Shown in pieces: positions 12,220-25,126 of a DNA stretch of 64,000 nt. The stretch is from Harriotta raleighana (Eukaryota). A model generated the notes under the pieces. The model ran no database searches. It worked only from the letters and a program-made list of their open reading frames with translations, and was not told the DNA's origin. Within the stretch, counting starts at the first letter, position 1, and every line of letters starts with the position of its first letter. The stretch covers positions 1,906,366 through 1,970,365 of the forward strand of contig JBNZDD010013610.1 in the NCBI GenBank assembly GCA_050575255.1, read 5' to 3'. The position numbers and the translations under genes were made by a program.

Positions 12220-12395
12220 TTGGTCAATTACTCTATGGCTGTTTGTGGGGACGTTGCTGTGCGCAAATTGGCTGCCTTGTTTTCCACCCAAAATATACAC
12301 AGTTGCATACCACTTTACAACATATCCTGTGAAGTGCTTTGAGGCATCTTGGTGACGTGATAAGGTGCCGTATGAAAGGCAAGGATTATTATTTT
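12220..12395 (+). mobile_element. SINE 3' module
   Basis: GCTGTTTGTGGGGACGTTGCTGTGCGCAAATTGGCTGCC...GCAAGGATTATTATT. Confidence 0.85.
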
Positions 12396-12479
12396 ATCAT
12401 ATTTTTAAAATGGATGACAGTGAGAGAAAATAAAATACCAGGACTTGATTGCTTCTTTTCTGGATTCTTAAAATAAGAG

Positions 12480-13490
12480 AGAAGGTAGTGGACATCTGCA
12501 GGAAATGCAGAGCATTGAGCAGCGTAGATCTCTGGAACAGTGAGCATGAATGAAGACAAAGTTGGTCCATGGCATCAGTTTGTAAGAAAGGACACATAGA
12601 ACTGTATGCTGACTGGAGAGAATTATAAAGGTTACAATTATAAACCCATGTAAAATGGACATGAAAAGGAGAGAGCTATGAACAGGAAACCTTCCCCTAA
12701 AGATTTATAGGAATTTATTTAATAGATAACTAATTTGATAGCAAGGGAGCAATCCAGAAGATATATATCACAACTCTCATAAGGGATTTGATGTAATAAA
12801 TTACAAGACACTAAAGTAGATTGAAAACTACTGTAGTTAAAAACTGGAGTTTAATTTTGATTAGGTATTATTTAGGCCGGGAGAGAAGCGGAGTTCATTG
12901 GAACTCTATTATCCCCGAGCTCCATGAAACATAAAGATGAGTGCGTCTTTTGAAAAAAAAAGTTGAATTTCTGTGTTTGCCAATGACAGGAATTGTGTGG
13001 GTTGGCAAAATATTACTTAGCAGAGGCCAATATTATTCAAAGAGATCAGTAGAAGCTTAGGAAATGAGATCATGATTGGCAAATGCGACGTAATGAGACG
13101 TAATATGTACAGATCCAGATAATATTAACTCTGATTACAAGATAGCTGGAACTTAGAAAGAGGCCTTAGGAATGGTTGTGAATTAGTGTTCAAAACAGAT
13201 CTCTGCAATATGAGATAGCGGTTAATAAAGTAAGCTAGAAGCATGGAATCCCAGAACAAGGATATGGCATTAACTCTGTATAACATATTCATAATTTTGG
13301 ACACATTACTTCGATAGGCACATTGAAGTATTAAAAAAAACCATAAGAGAATTGCAAAAATAATTCTGGGTCAGGGTTGAATTATTGCAGATGTAATGTT
13401 AGATTTATGTGCTTTTTTTTACTTGATTAAACTGGGAAGGATCTGGATAAGATGAATGGGCTTTTCTTTTTCCCCACTTTTTCTTGTTTC
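12480..13490 (+). mobile_element. CR1 LINE RT and 3' region (highly decayed)
   Basis: KGFDVINY (~12781, like KAFDKV), FANDRNCVG (~12976, like FADDTKLGG), DWQM (~13074), ERGL (~13157), MESQNKDMALTLYN (~13242), and a CR1-like 3'UTR near 13450. Confidence 0.75.
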
Positions 13491-13686
13491 CTCAAACTAA
13501 ACAATGAGGACTGGCTAAGGACAAGAAAATTTCTCTTTAACAAAACAAAAAGCAAGATGCATTAACCATTTAGATTTTTTGGAACAATTAAGGTATTACA
13601 GGGTGTCATCTAGTGAGATTGTTGGACGTGAATCAGAGATATAAAAAAGAGAATATTTGTAAACTAAAGAATCACTGGGAAAATAA

Positions 13687-13790
13687 AAATCAATCAAAAT
13701 TACATTTATGTAGCGCCTTTCACTTTGGGAGGACGTCCCGAGATGCTGTAAGTCAAGTAGGGATCAGAACAGGTGGGGAGGGGTTGGGGG
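13687..13790 (-). mobile_element. L2 LINE 3' tail
   Basis: AATTACATTTATGTAGCGCCTTTCACTTTGGGAGGACGTCCC...AGTCAAGTAGGGATCAGA closely matches 3000-3070. Confidence 0.8.
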
Positions 13791-13859
13791 AAGGAAAGTA
13801 GGAAAAATTGACTGTATATTTGTGGGAGAAAACATGGGAGAAAAAAGATAGGAAGGGGC

Positions 13860-14107
13860 TTTCTCTGAATACATCTTAAGATATTTTTCACATTGAATCC
13901 GTTGCAAAGCACTCCGTATTTCACTGCAAAGTTACTGCAGGTTCTAAGTTTCAATCTTCCTTAATACCACAATATGGATTTAAGGAAGGATAAGACTTTG
14001 AGAATTATAATGGAAGTTGGTTACCTGAAACATCAATCTACCAGGCAGTGGACTCAATGGACTGGATGACCCATATTTTTCATTCTATAAATTGGTTTGT
14101 TCTTATG
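13860..14107 (+). mobile_element. CR1 3' end fragment (decayed)
   Basis: Ends in GGACTCAATGGACTGGATGACC...TTTGTTCTTATG, resembling a CR1 3'UTR. Confidence 0.5.
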
Positions 14108-14794
14108 GTAATGATAAAAGTTTGAGAAAATAGATGAAATTATGTCTACGCCATTTGCTTTTAAATTTGATCACCGCCTGCTTTCCCCGTGACAAATCTC
14201 TAAAATGTCCAAGTCCGAAACACTGAACCAAATCGGAAACAAATCTTAAAAAGGGTTTTGTTGCTTCACTAGTTAAAAATCAAACAAATATTTTGGAGTG
14301 CATTATTATGCATCTGATTATTGTAACCGGAGCATTGTTTTGTTTCAGTGGGTTGGATAGTTTCTAACCCATATATTCTTCGGGAATTGGCACAGAGAAA
14401 GCAACAAAGTATTGGATATTTAAAAAGTTTCCCACTCCACCCAAAACGTTCCAGGTCACTATAAACTGATTTAAATCACCTTTTTAATTATGCTTCCTCT
14501 AAGCTGAGTATGAATGAGCAGTTTCAATATATGTCATCAAGGATTGTTGTGTAACCCATCCCAGGTGTTTCATCTAAAATGCCTACAAATGAATAAATGT
14601 GGGCGAAGGGTTTGACTATTTTCATGGCTCTGATAGCTATTTTATTCGTACAAAAAGTTAAAACTTCTTTTTTCAGAGTCTGACTTCAAGATTACTACCT
14701 CAGTCGCAATCACACCACAAGTCTACAACAACAATATCCGTCCTGACCTTGGTTGGTCTTGAATGGAGATGCCTCAGAGTGCTTCTAATGAAGG

Positions 14795-15125
14795 TATGTG
14801 AAAGTTCAAATTGGATTGGAAAAGTGTATCAGGAACAATATCTGTGGATGTATCAAGGCAGTAAATGAAAGGTTTAAAGTTGCCAAGGGAAATTTCAGAA
14901 CAGAAATCAGGAAGTGTTTCTTTACCCAGAGCATAATAATTAACAACTGGAATGAGTTACCATACAGAGTGGTTGAAGGCATTATGCCAGATTTGTTTTT
15001 TGAAAAAGATTGATTAACTTGAAGTAGCAAAGGCAAGATGCTAGAGCGGTTAATTTGGAAGGATGATATCAAAAGGGGTCAGAAGTCTTCTTCATCTGAA
15101 CCGATCTCGTAATCTTGCGATCTTG
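14795..15125 (+). mobile_element. CR1 LINE 3' end
   Basis: ORF 14798..15013 reads FKVAKGNFRTEIRKCFFTQSIIINNWNELPYRVVE, the CR1 ORF2 C-terminus (RK.FF.QRVV..WN.LP..VVEA). Confidence 0.9.
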
Positions 15126-17871
15126 AGGGCCAATAAAATCAGTTGTATTCAAACTCAGTTTAAGCTAGATGCTTTTCAGCTATTTTTCGCATAGGAAGTC
15201 TTTATCATTAAATGTTCTGCTCACTACCGACTAAGTGAAGCCGGTATTGTTACCGTTAGCAGGCTGATGTTCTGCTCTCTTCTAGGACTTGAAACAATAG
15301 TTAATAATGTGAGAAGCAGCAACCTACTGGCTGCTTTGCTTGACAATGTTACGATTGATGTGTTGTGAACAGTTTTTTTATATATGGACTTAGTTTCAAC
15401 TTGTCTTGCTGAGAGATAACAGCAAATTGATTTTAATGTGCACTACCTTTAGGCAGAATTTTGGATGCAAACACACTTCAGGTACCTATATACTTTTGTA
15501 TGCTCATCGAGAAACATAAGAACACAACAATATTGCCAGGCAAGACCTTTACCATTGGAGTATTTACGAGGTTGATTACAATAACTGATATAAATGTCTA
15601 AATAAATGACAACAGACAGTAGCAATGCCAAAACAGTTACCAGATGCAATGTACCTGGAAATAGTGCAAATGTGTTTTTTTTCAGGTTATAAGAGTGACC
15701 TCTAGTGTACAATAACACTCTGTCTTCAGTTTTATACCTTGTAACAGAAATACCTTGCACCACTCTTATAACTCCTGTTTTATGCTTTAACTGCAGAGGG
15801 ATAATAACATTGAGAAACAATGGGTTCAAATTTCAATTGGTTAATTCAGAAGGGTTTACAAACAGTAACATAGCATTAAATGGATTTACCAAACAAAATA
15901 ATCTTTTATACTATTGTCTTCAACAGCCATACATTGTGCTTGGCTGCTGCAGAATGTTTCCTCTTACAAACTTTTCACTAGAGAGACTTTCTTTGTAAGC
16001 AATGACTCTTCTACTGACACGAGTGTAGTTTCCTTTTGAGTGAAAGTTGACTGATAGGAAAGATGGAAATATAGGCTTCAGGATTGCTGATATGGAAACC
16101 GTCCCATCGTGCCTTTAGAAATCACCTTATCCTATGGTGATATTTACAACCACCACCCAACAACAACTTTTTAAAATCAGAAACTAAGCTGCCTGATAGT
16201 TAGCAGTGAGTCAAATGTTATATCCAGTGTTTCCTTCACTCAACATGTCTGCCACATTCATGGTATACACTTCCTTTTAATGGGTGGTAGTTTTAAAACA
16301 GCAGAATAATGATGAAAGAAGCTTTGTTTGATGTCAATCAGTTGTGAGGCCTTTATGGTTGGTGAGCTCATGATGCCATTATACTGTAGTTCATTCCCTA
16401 TTGTAATACCGACCATCTTATAATAGCCTATCTCCTGTTGCTAAGCTACTAATGTAATAAAAGCTTCCTTTTAAATTTTCACAAAGGAAGAAAGGTCACA
16501 GTGTATGTAAATGAGTAAGGATGACAGTTCCTTAGTTTCGCCTATTGGCAAAAATATCCATATACAGTACATATATGCCCTGTGTTTGGATTATTTTCTA
16601 TTTAGAGACAGAAATCTATTCTTTTAATTTTATCTTGCACAAAGATAAATGTTTGTGGAGTAGCAATATGGGTGGTTAATTTGACAGCTAAACCTGGGAC
16701 ATTATAATAGATTGGATAGCAGTGTAAGTGACTGATGGAAATTTTTTTAAATTTTATTTTGTCTTGGTGAATCAGAAAATGAGTTACTGCAACGGTTATT
16801 GGAATCAACTGCCAACATGCATGCACACATGCACGTACAGATTCATTCATTCTGTCAGTCTCTCTGTCTATCCCAAACAGGGGCACTGTAATGGTGAATT
16901 TTACCATCTTTGCTAAAATGAATTTACCCAATATCAATTGTCTTTCATTTGATGGCTCTGTGCTGCTAGAGATGCTTAGCGATACTGAAAAGATAATGCA
17001 CAGACATATGATGAATTTTGCAAATGGGATCTTGATGGTGAACTATTAAGCTCTGTAGTCAAAATACTTTTGCAAATCTGCTAAAAATGCAGTTTTCAAA
17101 AATAAACAAAAATTCCGAGGGCTGCTGTACATTTCAGCAACAATTTTACAAATGGCTCTTTACTAAAAAGACGCAGAGAATGTGTTCTATTAGATCAGCA
17201 AAAGCTTTATGAATAGGAACCATCAACACTGCAAAGCCCAGTATCACCCTATAGCATTAACGTGCTAATAAAAGTAATGATAATCGCTAATGTTTGAATA
17301 AATAAAGGTTCAAAAGACACAAAGTCTGATCTTCAGGAAAAAAAAGAGGCAATGAAACTCCCCCGGCATTGCTTTTTAATGTAGAAAAACTATCTTGTTT
17401 TATATAGCATTTTGAGACTGTTCAATTTAGATCATTGTGTTGTATTGTTCACTGGCACTTGAGGGTCTTATTTCTGTCAATGCCGTGTGCAATTGAATCT
17501 CATCTTGTGGACACCTCATTAATGAGAACGATTCCTATTCGCGATTGCTTTCAGTCCCTTTTGTTTTCTTCAATCAGAAACGCGGGTTTCCAACAGAAAT
17601 ACTGAGCCTACAAAACCAGGAGTAATTTTGTTTAATGTTTAAAGGAAAGTGGAAGAATCTGACACTTACTGTGATGATAAGTTATGAGCAGCTACAATAA
17701 GTAAAATGTCATAAGGGTGAAAACTGCATTGCTACAGATGTGTCTTTCTTTCCTTTTAAATCATAGGTTTTCTATATTGGCAATGATTTACTGCTCAGAG
17801 ACACCTCACTAGTGAACAAGTAGCTGCAGCAAACCACCCTTGATAGCATTTTGTGGGACTCCAACAACCTC

Positions 17872-18150
17872 CAATGCAGTGCTGAGGGAGCTCTACATTG
17901 TTGGCGGTGGCGTCCTTTAGGTGAGGTATTAAACCCAGGTCCCATCTGTGCCTGTTCAAATGGACATTAAAAGATCCTATGGCACTTTTTCAGAAAAAAA
18001 AGGGAATTTCTCCTGGTGTTCTGGCCGCAATTCCCAAATAAAATTGGTCACTCATTTCATGGCTATTTGTGGGACTTTGCTGTGTTCAAATTGGCGACTG
18101 TATTTGCCTACAAATGCTCAATGTAATACACATTGCACAATAAAATCCTA
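17872..18150 (+). mobile_element. DeuSINE-superfamily SINE, Deu core (AmnSINE1/SacSINE1-like)
   Basis: GCAGTGCTGAGGGAG...GGTGGCGTCCTTTAGGTGAGGTATTAAACC...AAAAGATCCTATGGCACT...TTCTCCTGGTGTTCTGGCC...TTTGTGGGACTTTGCTGTG matches the Deu domain as I recall it. Confidence 0.85.
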
Positions 18151-18184
18151 CGATTTGCTTTGATTTGTCTGAACAACATGTTGG

Positions 18185-18315
18185 TAATAATAATAAACCT
18201 TACATTTGATATAGCGCCTTACAATGTGGTTGAGACACCTCAAAGCATTTCATAGCAACTATTGTAAAGTGGTTTTGACTATGTATTTTGTGGGTGAAAC
18301 TTAGCAGCCAATTTG
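18185..18315 (-). mobile_element. SINE 3' fragment
   Basis: (AAT)n followed by ACCTTACATTTGATATAGCGCC...CTCAAAGCATTTCA...GCAGCCAATTTGC. Confidence 0.8.
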
Positions 18316-18329
18316 CAAGGCACTACATC

Positions 18330-18618
18330 AATAATAATCCTTGCATTTGATACAGCGCTTTTCACGTCTTCTAGACATCTCAAAGCACTTCACAGAATAT
18401 ACTGTAAAGTACCATATCTATTTATTGTACATAAATATATGTATTTATATGTATATTTGTGGGAGAAACGTGGCAGCCAATTGCGCACAGCAGTGTCCCA
18501 CAAACAGTCGTGGATTGAAATGACCAATTTTATTATTGTGTTTTTTTTGAGGGATTATTATTAGGCATGTGGAGTAGGGAAACTTGGCCAAGGTTTCACC
18601 CTGACCAACTTGGATCAA
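18330..18618 (-). mobile_element. Young short SINE, near full length (head truncated)
   Basis: Colinear with 25127-25454 and 43097-43412, from the tail to GGAGTAGGGAAACTTGGCCAAGGTTTCACCCTGACC. Confidence 0.9.
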
Positions 18619-21606
18619 ATATAAAGATGATTATTTTTCTTGCTTCAATTTTCAATTCAGAATGTTGGATCGACATAGCCCAGTCATTTGTTCTAGTGTT
18701 TGCATATGTGGAAGTATCACTCATCTTCCTAAACTTGGCAATTTGGTCAGGAAAATTATGAAGAGATATTTGGGTATAACATTTACATGATTTACGTGCG
18801 TGTTTTTAATCAAATGTTAATAGGGTTTTCCAAACACTTTTCTACAAATGTGTCACCCCTTTAAGTAATAACTATCAGTGTTCCTTCTACATAGACCTTC
18901 CAGTAACAACAAACGTTGTTTGTTTGATGGCCAGAAACCCTTGTGGGTATTATCAGTGAAACCTGAGATCCTAGTTCAAGTTTTGAACTGATTGATACTC
19001 GATTGATTGGTGACTTGTGAGAAATAGGAATAGGTAACTGGGATCATCACTGAATATAATCCACAGTTCAACCTCCATCCATTCTGCCTTAAGTGAACAG
19101 TATGGAGAAAAGAGGCTTCCAGGGATGGGAGGAAGGGAGTTGTGTTTTCAAATAGACCTCAATTTTCTGGCTACAAGTGTCAAAATATTACCTCTCGGGT
19201 TACAGTCAGATAATCTCATTAGCCCTTGACTTCAGGCATTTTACATTGCATACTCAGAGCTCTTGGTTTTCAGGTGTGGCAGCACATTCTTAAGCATTCT
19301 GTGACTCTGAAGGGAAAATATTTTAGCATTGTACCCGTTTGTGTATCAATGTGAAGCTTGAGCTCTGAAATAAATTAGATTCTAAATCAATCTGAATTTG
19401 GTTTATTCAGAGTTCCTGGCAAATGGAACCTGATTCAGATACCGTTCATATCAGCACTTTGACCTAAACTATGCAAAAAAAAAGTAGTAAGGCACGGCTC
19501 TCTCAATCTCTGCATTTTAGAGCAAAAAAAGCCGAACAATGTCGCCCAGGCCAGAGCAGTTGATATACTCATTTATTGGGATCTAAAATATGGAATTTCC
19601 AATAAGATGCTATTGGCTCATGGAACCCCACTGTATTGGAGATCTTGAAGCAGAGCCCTCACAGGTCACAGCGATGTAAAGTCAGAAAGAACTCTTATTC
19701 CTGTTGAGGAATCCCTTTAGAAATCCTATTTTTAAGACCCCATTATTTCTCCGTATACTGTATATTGGTTTGGATCTGTTCCCTATGAACCTTGCACTAT
19801 GACGTATGTTGACCTTTAAAGCATAAATTTCAGGAGTTTATATATTACTGTAAGTTCTCTATAGATGTGCTGTTTTACTCCACAACCTAGTTACAGACCT
19901 CAGAGGGGTGGAATTAAATTTTTTGGGGCTTTGTACTTGGCAGACAGCAGAAGTTTTTTTTACACCATGAAACATATAGCAGCTCTCCTCATTTTCACAA
20001 CAACTTCTGTTTTCATTTATTCCTAAATGAAGAACATCAGAAAGACTTTGAGAAAAACTGAGGAGAAATAGACCTTGACAGAAATACATTAGCTACGCAC
20101 ACAAGAGCTGATCATTTTTCCCCAAATAATTAGGTTAATATGTGCAAGGAATGCTTCATTTTTTTCAAATGAATAGGGAATATGTTTTGGCAACAATGAG
20201 ATTTTAATGCCTTTTCAGTACCTATTAGCTCTGTCTATCTGTTCCTGCTTTAGCAGTCCCTTTGATCAGCTAAGCTTAGGAGAATAAATAACTTCAACAT
20301 GAGGCACAAAGGTACAGTTTCATTTAGCACTGGGAAAAGGGCCAGGAGAAAAGTGGGTTCTTAATACTATAATTGTTCTCTTTTTAAATACTGGCAGGCC
20401 TTGATTTCCACTCGAGTCAGTCTGCTGTTAAGAATTCAGAGAAAAAATGTGTTGCAACTCCATGTTGACCTTTTACCGGTTTAATGATATAAAGATTAAA
20501 GCGCCTGTGGCTTAATTTACATACCAGTCCAATACAGGATGCATGGATATGGGGATGTGAAATTAATGGAGACCAGGTGTTTGAAACAGGAGCCTGTGCT
20601 CAGCTTACTCATATGTTCCTCCAGCTTCAGATCTGGCTGTGCCACATAAATATAATCCTCATGGATTGTCCAAATCCTTTCTTAACCAGAATAGAATAAT
20701 TTTGGCAACCGAAGCACAGTAGAGTAAAACCATTTGCTTTATCTCTCTTATATCGTTGTTCTTTAGGTTTTGGCAGCGAAAACAGAATTGTAAAGCTCAG
20801 TTGTATTACATGTGTCACTGCATACACAGTAGTTGTGGTCTGTCAAGGCCGATCCTTCAGTAGGACTACTGTAACAGTTTGAGCACAGTCCAATCCTGAT
20901 AAGATCAACTCAGTTTTGCCAAGCAAAATTTTTATTTAAGAGGAAAAGGATTATTTTTGTTGCAGATGAAATCAGATTCAAATGATAGATCACAGCATCA
21001 AAAAACTTTTTTGCCACCCTAGATATAGATATATATACATATACATACCTTCAGGTAGTTTAGGGTTTGTAGTGAGAAGAAACTGAATGGAACTGAACGT
21101 AACAAATCAATCACCTTCGTTAGTGGCACTGTCACGCTCTCCCACTAACCCGTATCCCCAAATGGTCAGCAAACCTCTTCACGTTTCCACATAGCATGCA
21201 AAATATGATTTTGATTGGTGTGCATGGAATCCTTTTAAGTATAAACTGTCAATTTAAGAGATGAATGATCTTATCAGAAGGTAATAATGAAATGGCCTCA
21301 ATGGGGTAAACTGAATTATTGTCTCTTCGAGTCACGGAACACGGAAAGCCCGTCTCTCTCTCCCAAACAAGCACTGAAGTGATCACTATTTTAAAAGATT
21401 GATTGGATAGGCCTGAATGCCTCTGCTACCTGCATCATAGTGTTCTTGACCAGGTCTCAATGGTACCCCAAACAGAAGGCTAGAGCTCCTGATTAGTCTT
21501 AGCCTGTGATTTAGTTATTTAATTTAAAAACTGCAGAAAAGTGGCTTCCACGTTGTGAAGCTGAATTAAAGAGTGTCCCTTAGTTCTGAGTGATCCCATG
21601 TTTTTA

Positions 21607-21720
21607 ACAATAATAATAACCTTAGCATTTTGGTATTGCACCATATGACATTGTTGAGACCTCTCAAAGCGCTTCACAGAATATATTGGAAAGTGGATTG
21701 ACTATGTATTTTGTTGGTGG
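21607..21720 (-). mobile_element. SINE 3' fragment
   Basis: (AAT)n...CTCAAAGCGCTTCACAGAATATATTGGAAAGTGGATTGACTATG. Confidence 0.8.
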
Positions 21721-23207
21721 AAAGGATGCAACAGGCCTCCCAGGTTAATGATAGATGGAATTTCTGGCCTCGCGAGATGTGATCAACTTTGTCTGGGCAA
21801 AGGCACCTTCAACTGCACCACTGTCTGTAATCATGGGATCAGCGAGCCATCACCATGCATATTATTCAACATTACACCCAACCTAGTCACAAATGGCACA
21901 TGAATACTCAGACTGAGAGGAACCTTTCTGAGATTTCACAGCTTTAACTATCATAGTATCGTATCATTCATCCCCCCACTTCATGCTACAAGGCAATCAA
22001 ATATCATTAGCACTGATCTCTGTATAGTCTGTCCATCACCAGCGGTTCAGAAGAACAGCCGGCCTATCACAAAATATTTATGGTCGCAAAAGTAAAGATA
22101 CAGTGACCTGTTGGAATATGTGTTAATGAGATATGACTGAAGTCATTGTATATCCATTTTGTTTCATTAAATGCCTTTTTGCATTAAACTCTGTGACTAC
22201 CATTTAGAACAGATTAGGAGTATTACAAAGAGAAACACTTATTAAGATTACTGGTAATACTCTGGAAAAATCCCAGATGTCTGTTCCTCAGGAGCTGCAC
22301 GAAACAGCACATTCGCCAACTCTTTGTGTCTATACACTTCTTGCTGTCAGGAATGATACAACAATACAAAAAGGAATACAGAGCATTTTGGAATACGCTG
22401 AGCACTGCTACTTCAGGTACAAAACCTCTCCACAATTTGGTCTTAAAGTGCTATTCCTCCACAAAGCATCCCTTTTAATGAATCTCTCGCTTGCTCTAAG
22501 AACGACTCCCAAAAAAGATAAAATCTGAGTTTTTGCAAAGGTTTTGCATTTTGATCTGCATTAACTGCACTAACCTGGGTGAACAATCCGACGATACAAT
22601 ACTATTTAGATGGCCTTTCACGTTGGGAGGACATCTCAAAGCGCTTAGTGTGTTTAGTGTGTAGAACATTAAGCAGTAAAATTAAAAGAGCTTCTTACCC
22701 ACTCGCTACAGAAAGGATTGTTTCTCTATCAATAAAAAACAGTAAGGCGCCCTTTTTATCTAGCTTGGTGTACGATACACTCCTTTACCAACACTATCCT
22801 ATCAAAGTTCAAGGGCTGTCAAATTGAAAAGATTCCTTGTTTGGTGTGTACTAATGTGAGCTGATATCAGTTCACACAGTACTGTATATCTGTCTGACCC
22901 ACTCCGAGCACAGTTTATCAGTGACTGCCCCAAGATGTGGCCTCCAGTAATTCAAAATCCACTCTTTATCTAACCAGAGATAATCATCGACAAAGTTGCA
23001 ATCAGAACGCGAGCTTTGCTATTGCACAAAGCCCTGCGACAATAATCTAGTCTTTCAATTTATATAGTATGAACAAAAGCTATTTAAAGCTGCAATTTCC
23101 TCAATTTGAGGAATTATTTTGCTCTGACTTCAGGATCTACTCGGCCCCTGCATACGAGAAGTCTGTGCTGAGTTAGCTGAGCTAAAGGTCTCATAATTAA
23201 ACAATTA

Positions 23208-23350
23208 CTAAATAATCCTTGCATATAACACCTTTACATTGGGATAATCTCTCAATGTGATTCATAGGATTTACTATAAAGTGATGACTGTGTATTTTGT
23301 AGACAAACTGACAGTCAATTTTCCCAAAACAGCAATGAATTGATTGCCCA
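23208..23350 (-). mobile_element. SINE 3' fragment (diverged)
   Basis: AATAATCCTTGCAT...TTCATAGGATTTACTATAAAGTGATGACTGTGTATTTTGTAG. Confidence 0.7.
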
Positions 23351-23555
23351 ATTTTATGGGGTGGTGGGGAGAGAGAGGGGAGAAGAGATGGTAACCAGGA
23401 GGAACTCCCTTCTCTTTTCAACTATAAACAACATGTGTGCATTAACACAAGAGAAACAGCCACATAGGTGAGGTACAAAATATCTGCTAACCATGGTTCC
23501 ACTGGCAGAGAGAATTTGTGTAGTGCCTTTCATGTCGGAGAGGATATCTCCTATC

Positions 23556-23586
<31 letters not shown>
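23556..23586. repeat. (TG)n(TA)n microsatellite
   Basis: Read directly from the sequence; it abuts a SINE head. Confidence 0.9.
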
Positions 23587-23589
23587 TTG

Positions 23590-23892
23590 TGGAATCCTGT
23601 AGATCAGTGGTTAGAGCACTTGGCATACAAGTGAGAGACCTGGGTTTGCAGGCCAAAACCTTGGGCAAGTTTCCTTACTCCACTTGCCTGATAATAATCC
23701 CTCGAAAAAAAACAATAAGAAATTGGTCATTTTAATCCACAACTGTTTGTGGGACACTGCTGTGTGCAATTAGCTGCTGTGTTCCGCCCACAAATAAACA
23801 ATCAATTCACTTTACAGTATATTCTGTGGAGTGCTTTGAGAAGTCTAGAAGACGTGAAAAGCACTATATCAAATGCAAGGATTATTATTATT
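23590..23892 (+). mobile_element. Young short tRNA-headed SINE, full length
   Basis: GGAATCCTGTAGATCAGTGGTTAGAGCAC...GACCTGGGTTT head, AAACCTTGGGCAAGTTTCCTTACTCCAC body, (TTA)n tail. Confidence 0.92.
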
Positions 23893-24529
23893 AATATACA
23901 TATATAGCTAGGTTTGTTTCACACAATGATGTGGATATGGGCGATGCTGCAGGTTGACAATCCTCCTAACCCTCAGGCTGGATTGCGAGCAATGTGGGAA
24001 TAAAACAATTGGGTTAAATCAGATTTAGAATAAGTATCATTAATACCCAGCAGTTTAAAAAAAGGAATTAATTGCAATTTTTTTTACATGAGCTGGTCAG
24101 TCACACTTATTGCAGGAAAAAGAAGTAAAATACAATGTGGAAGGCAGAATTATTAACCGGTTGTGCTGTGCATGGAGCTGAGCTGAACAGAAGCCAAAAA
24201 TGAAACTGGCTTCGTTTGCTTTGCCTGAGCTGAGCCTGACATCACGGACGGCAGATGTGGCAGTTAAAGAAACAGGATCCAAAGGCCAAGGATGGACTTA
24301 TATGGACTGGCCAAGTAAACATTAGTTCACTTTAATCAAAGGGCAATTCCACGATTTTTTAATTGAAGGTTTTTTTTTCACAGTTGCTTTTATAAAAAGG
24401 AATTCTATTCCATCGTAGAAATCGTTAAACTATCATATGTTTCAGTTGTCTTCTGTTCCTGAATAAAAGTTTGTTTTCCCCACAAATATTGGATCCTTTC
24501 TTTGGTCTTAAGTTACTTAACCCGGATTG

Positions 24530-24680
24530 GAGTGGGGGCGGCGGAGTGGAGGAAAAACCAATGCTCCTGGGTGACTGAGTGAGGGAAAATGTTTGAGCCA
24601 GGATTTTTGATCCTCCTCACAATCTAGTGGTCTCTGTTGGAACCAACATGAGTGTGTGAATTGTGGAGGAAAACATGATT
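24530..24680 (+). mobile_element. Ancient SINE fragment, possibly AmnSINE2-like
   Basis: GAGGGAAAATG...AGCCAGGATT...TCCTCCTCACAATCTAGTGGTCTCTGTTGGAA...GTGTGTG resembles that consensus as I recall it. Related short pieces lie at 23161-23185 and 27395-27460. Confidence 0.35.
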
Positions 24681-24710
24681 CATTTTACTTAATAGCTTTT
24701 AGCTCATCGT

Positions 24711-25000
24711 AATAATAATAATAATCTTTGCAATCTGATACAGGGCCTTTCACTTCAGGAGGACATCACTCACAGGATCTAATGTAAAGTTTGGCGACTG
24801 TGTGTTTTGTAGTTAATTTGTCCACAGCAACATCACACAATTATGAGTGAGAGATTCAGTTTTTCCAGAGGATAGTTGGCCAGGGCTAGCGGGAAAAACT
24901 CCCTTTTCTTTGTGACTAGTGTGATGAGATCTTTAACCTCCACCTGTACAGGAAGACAAGATCCTAGTTTAACGTCTCATGTGAACGAGGGCATCTGGAA
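24711..25000 (-). mobile_element. Old DeuSINE (tail plus Deu core)
   Basis: (AAT)n tail, then TTGGCCAGGGCTAGCGGGAAAAACTCCC...GAGATCTTTAACCTCCACCTG...TAGTTTAACGTCTCAT, the reverse of the Deu core. Confidence 0.8.
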
Positions 25001-25126
25001 TATTATTTTCTGTTGTGTAAAAACAGACGGTGAACTATTGAAACCATCTAATCTGGAATCTTCCTCTGAACCAGGGTCTAAAGTTATGGATCCCGATTTA
25101 GAAACAACTGCTGGGAAATGAGTTCT

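Noticed and set aside
22860-22930. miR-101 gene paralog
   Set aside because: The opposite arm pairs poorly and the mature sequence has 3 mismatches; kept only as a possible target site.
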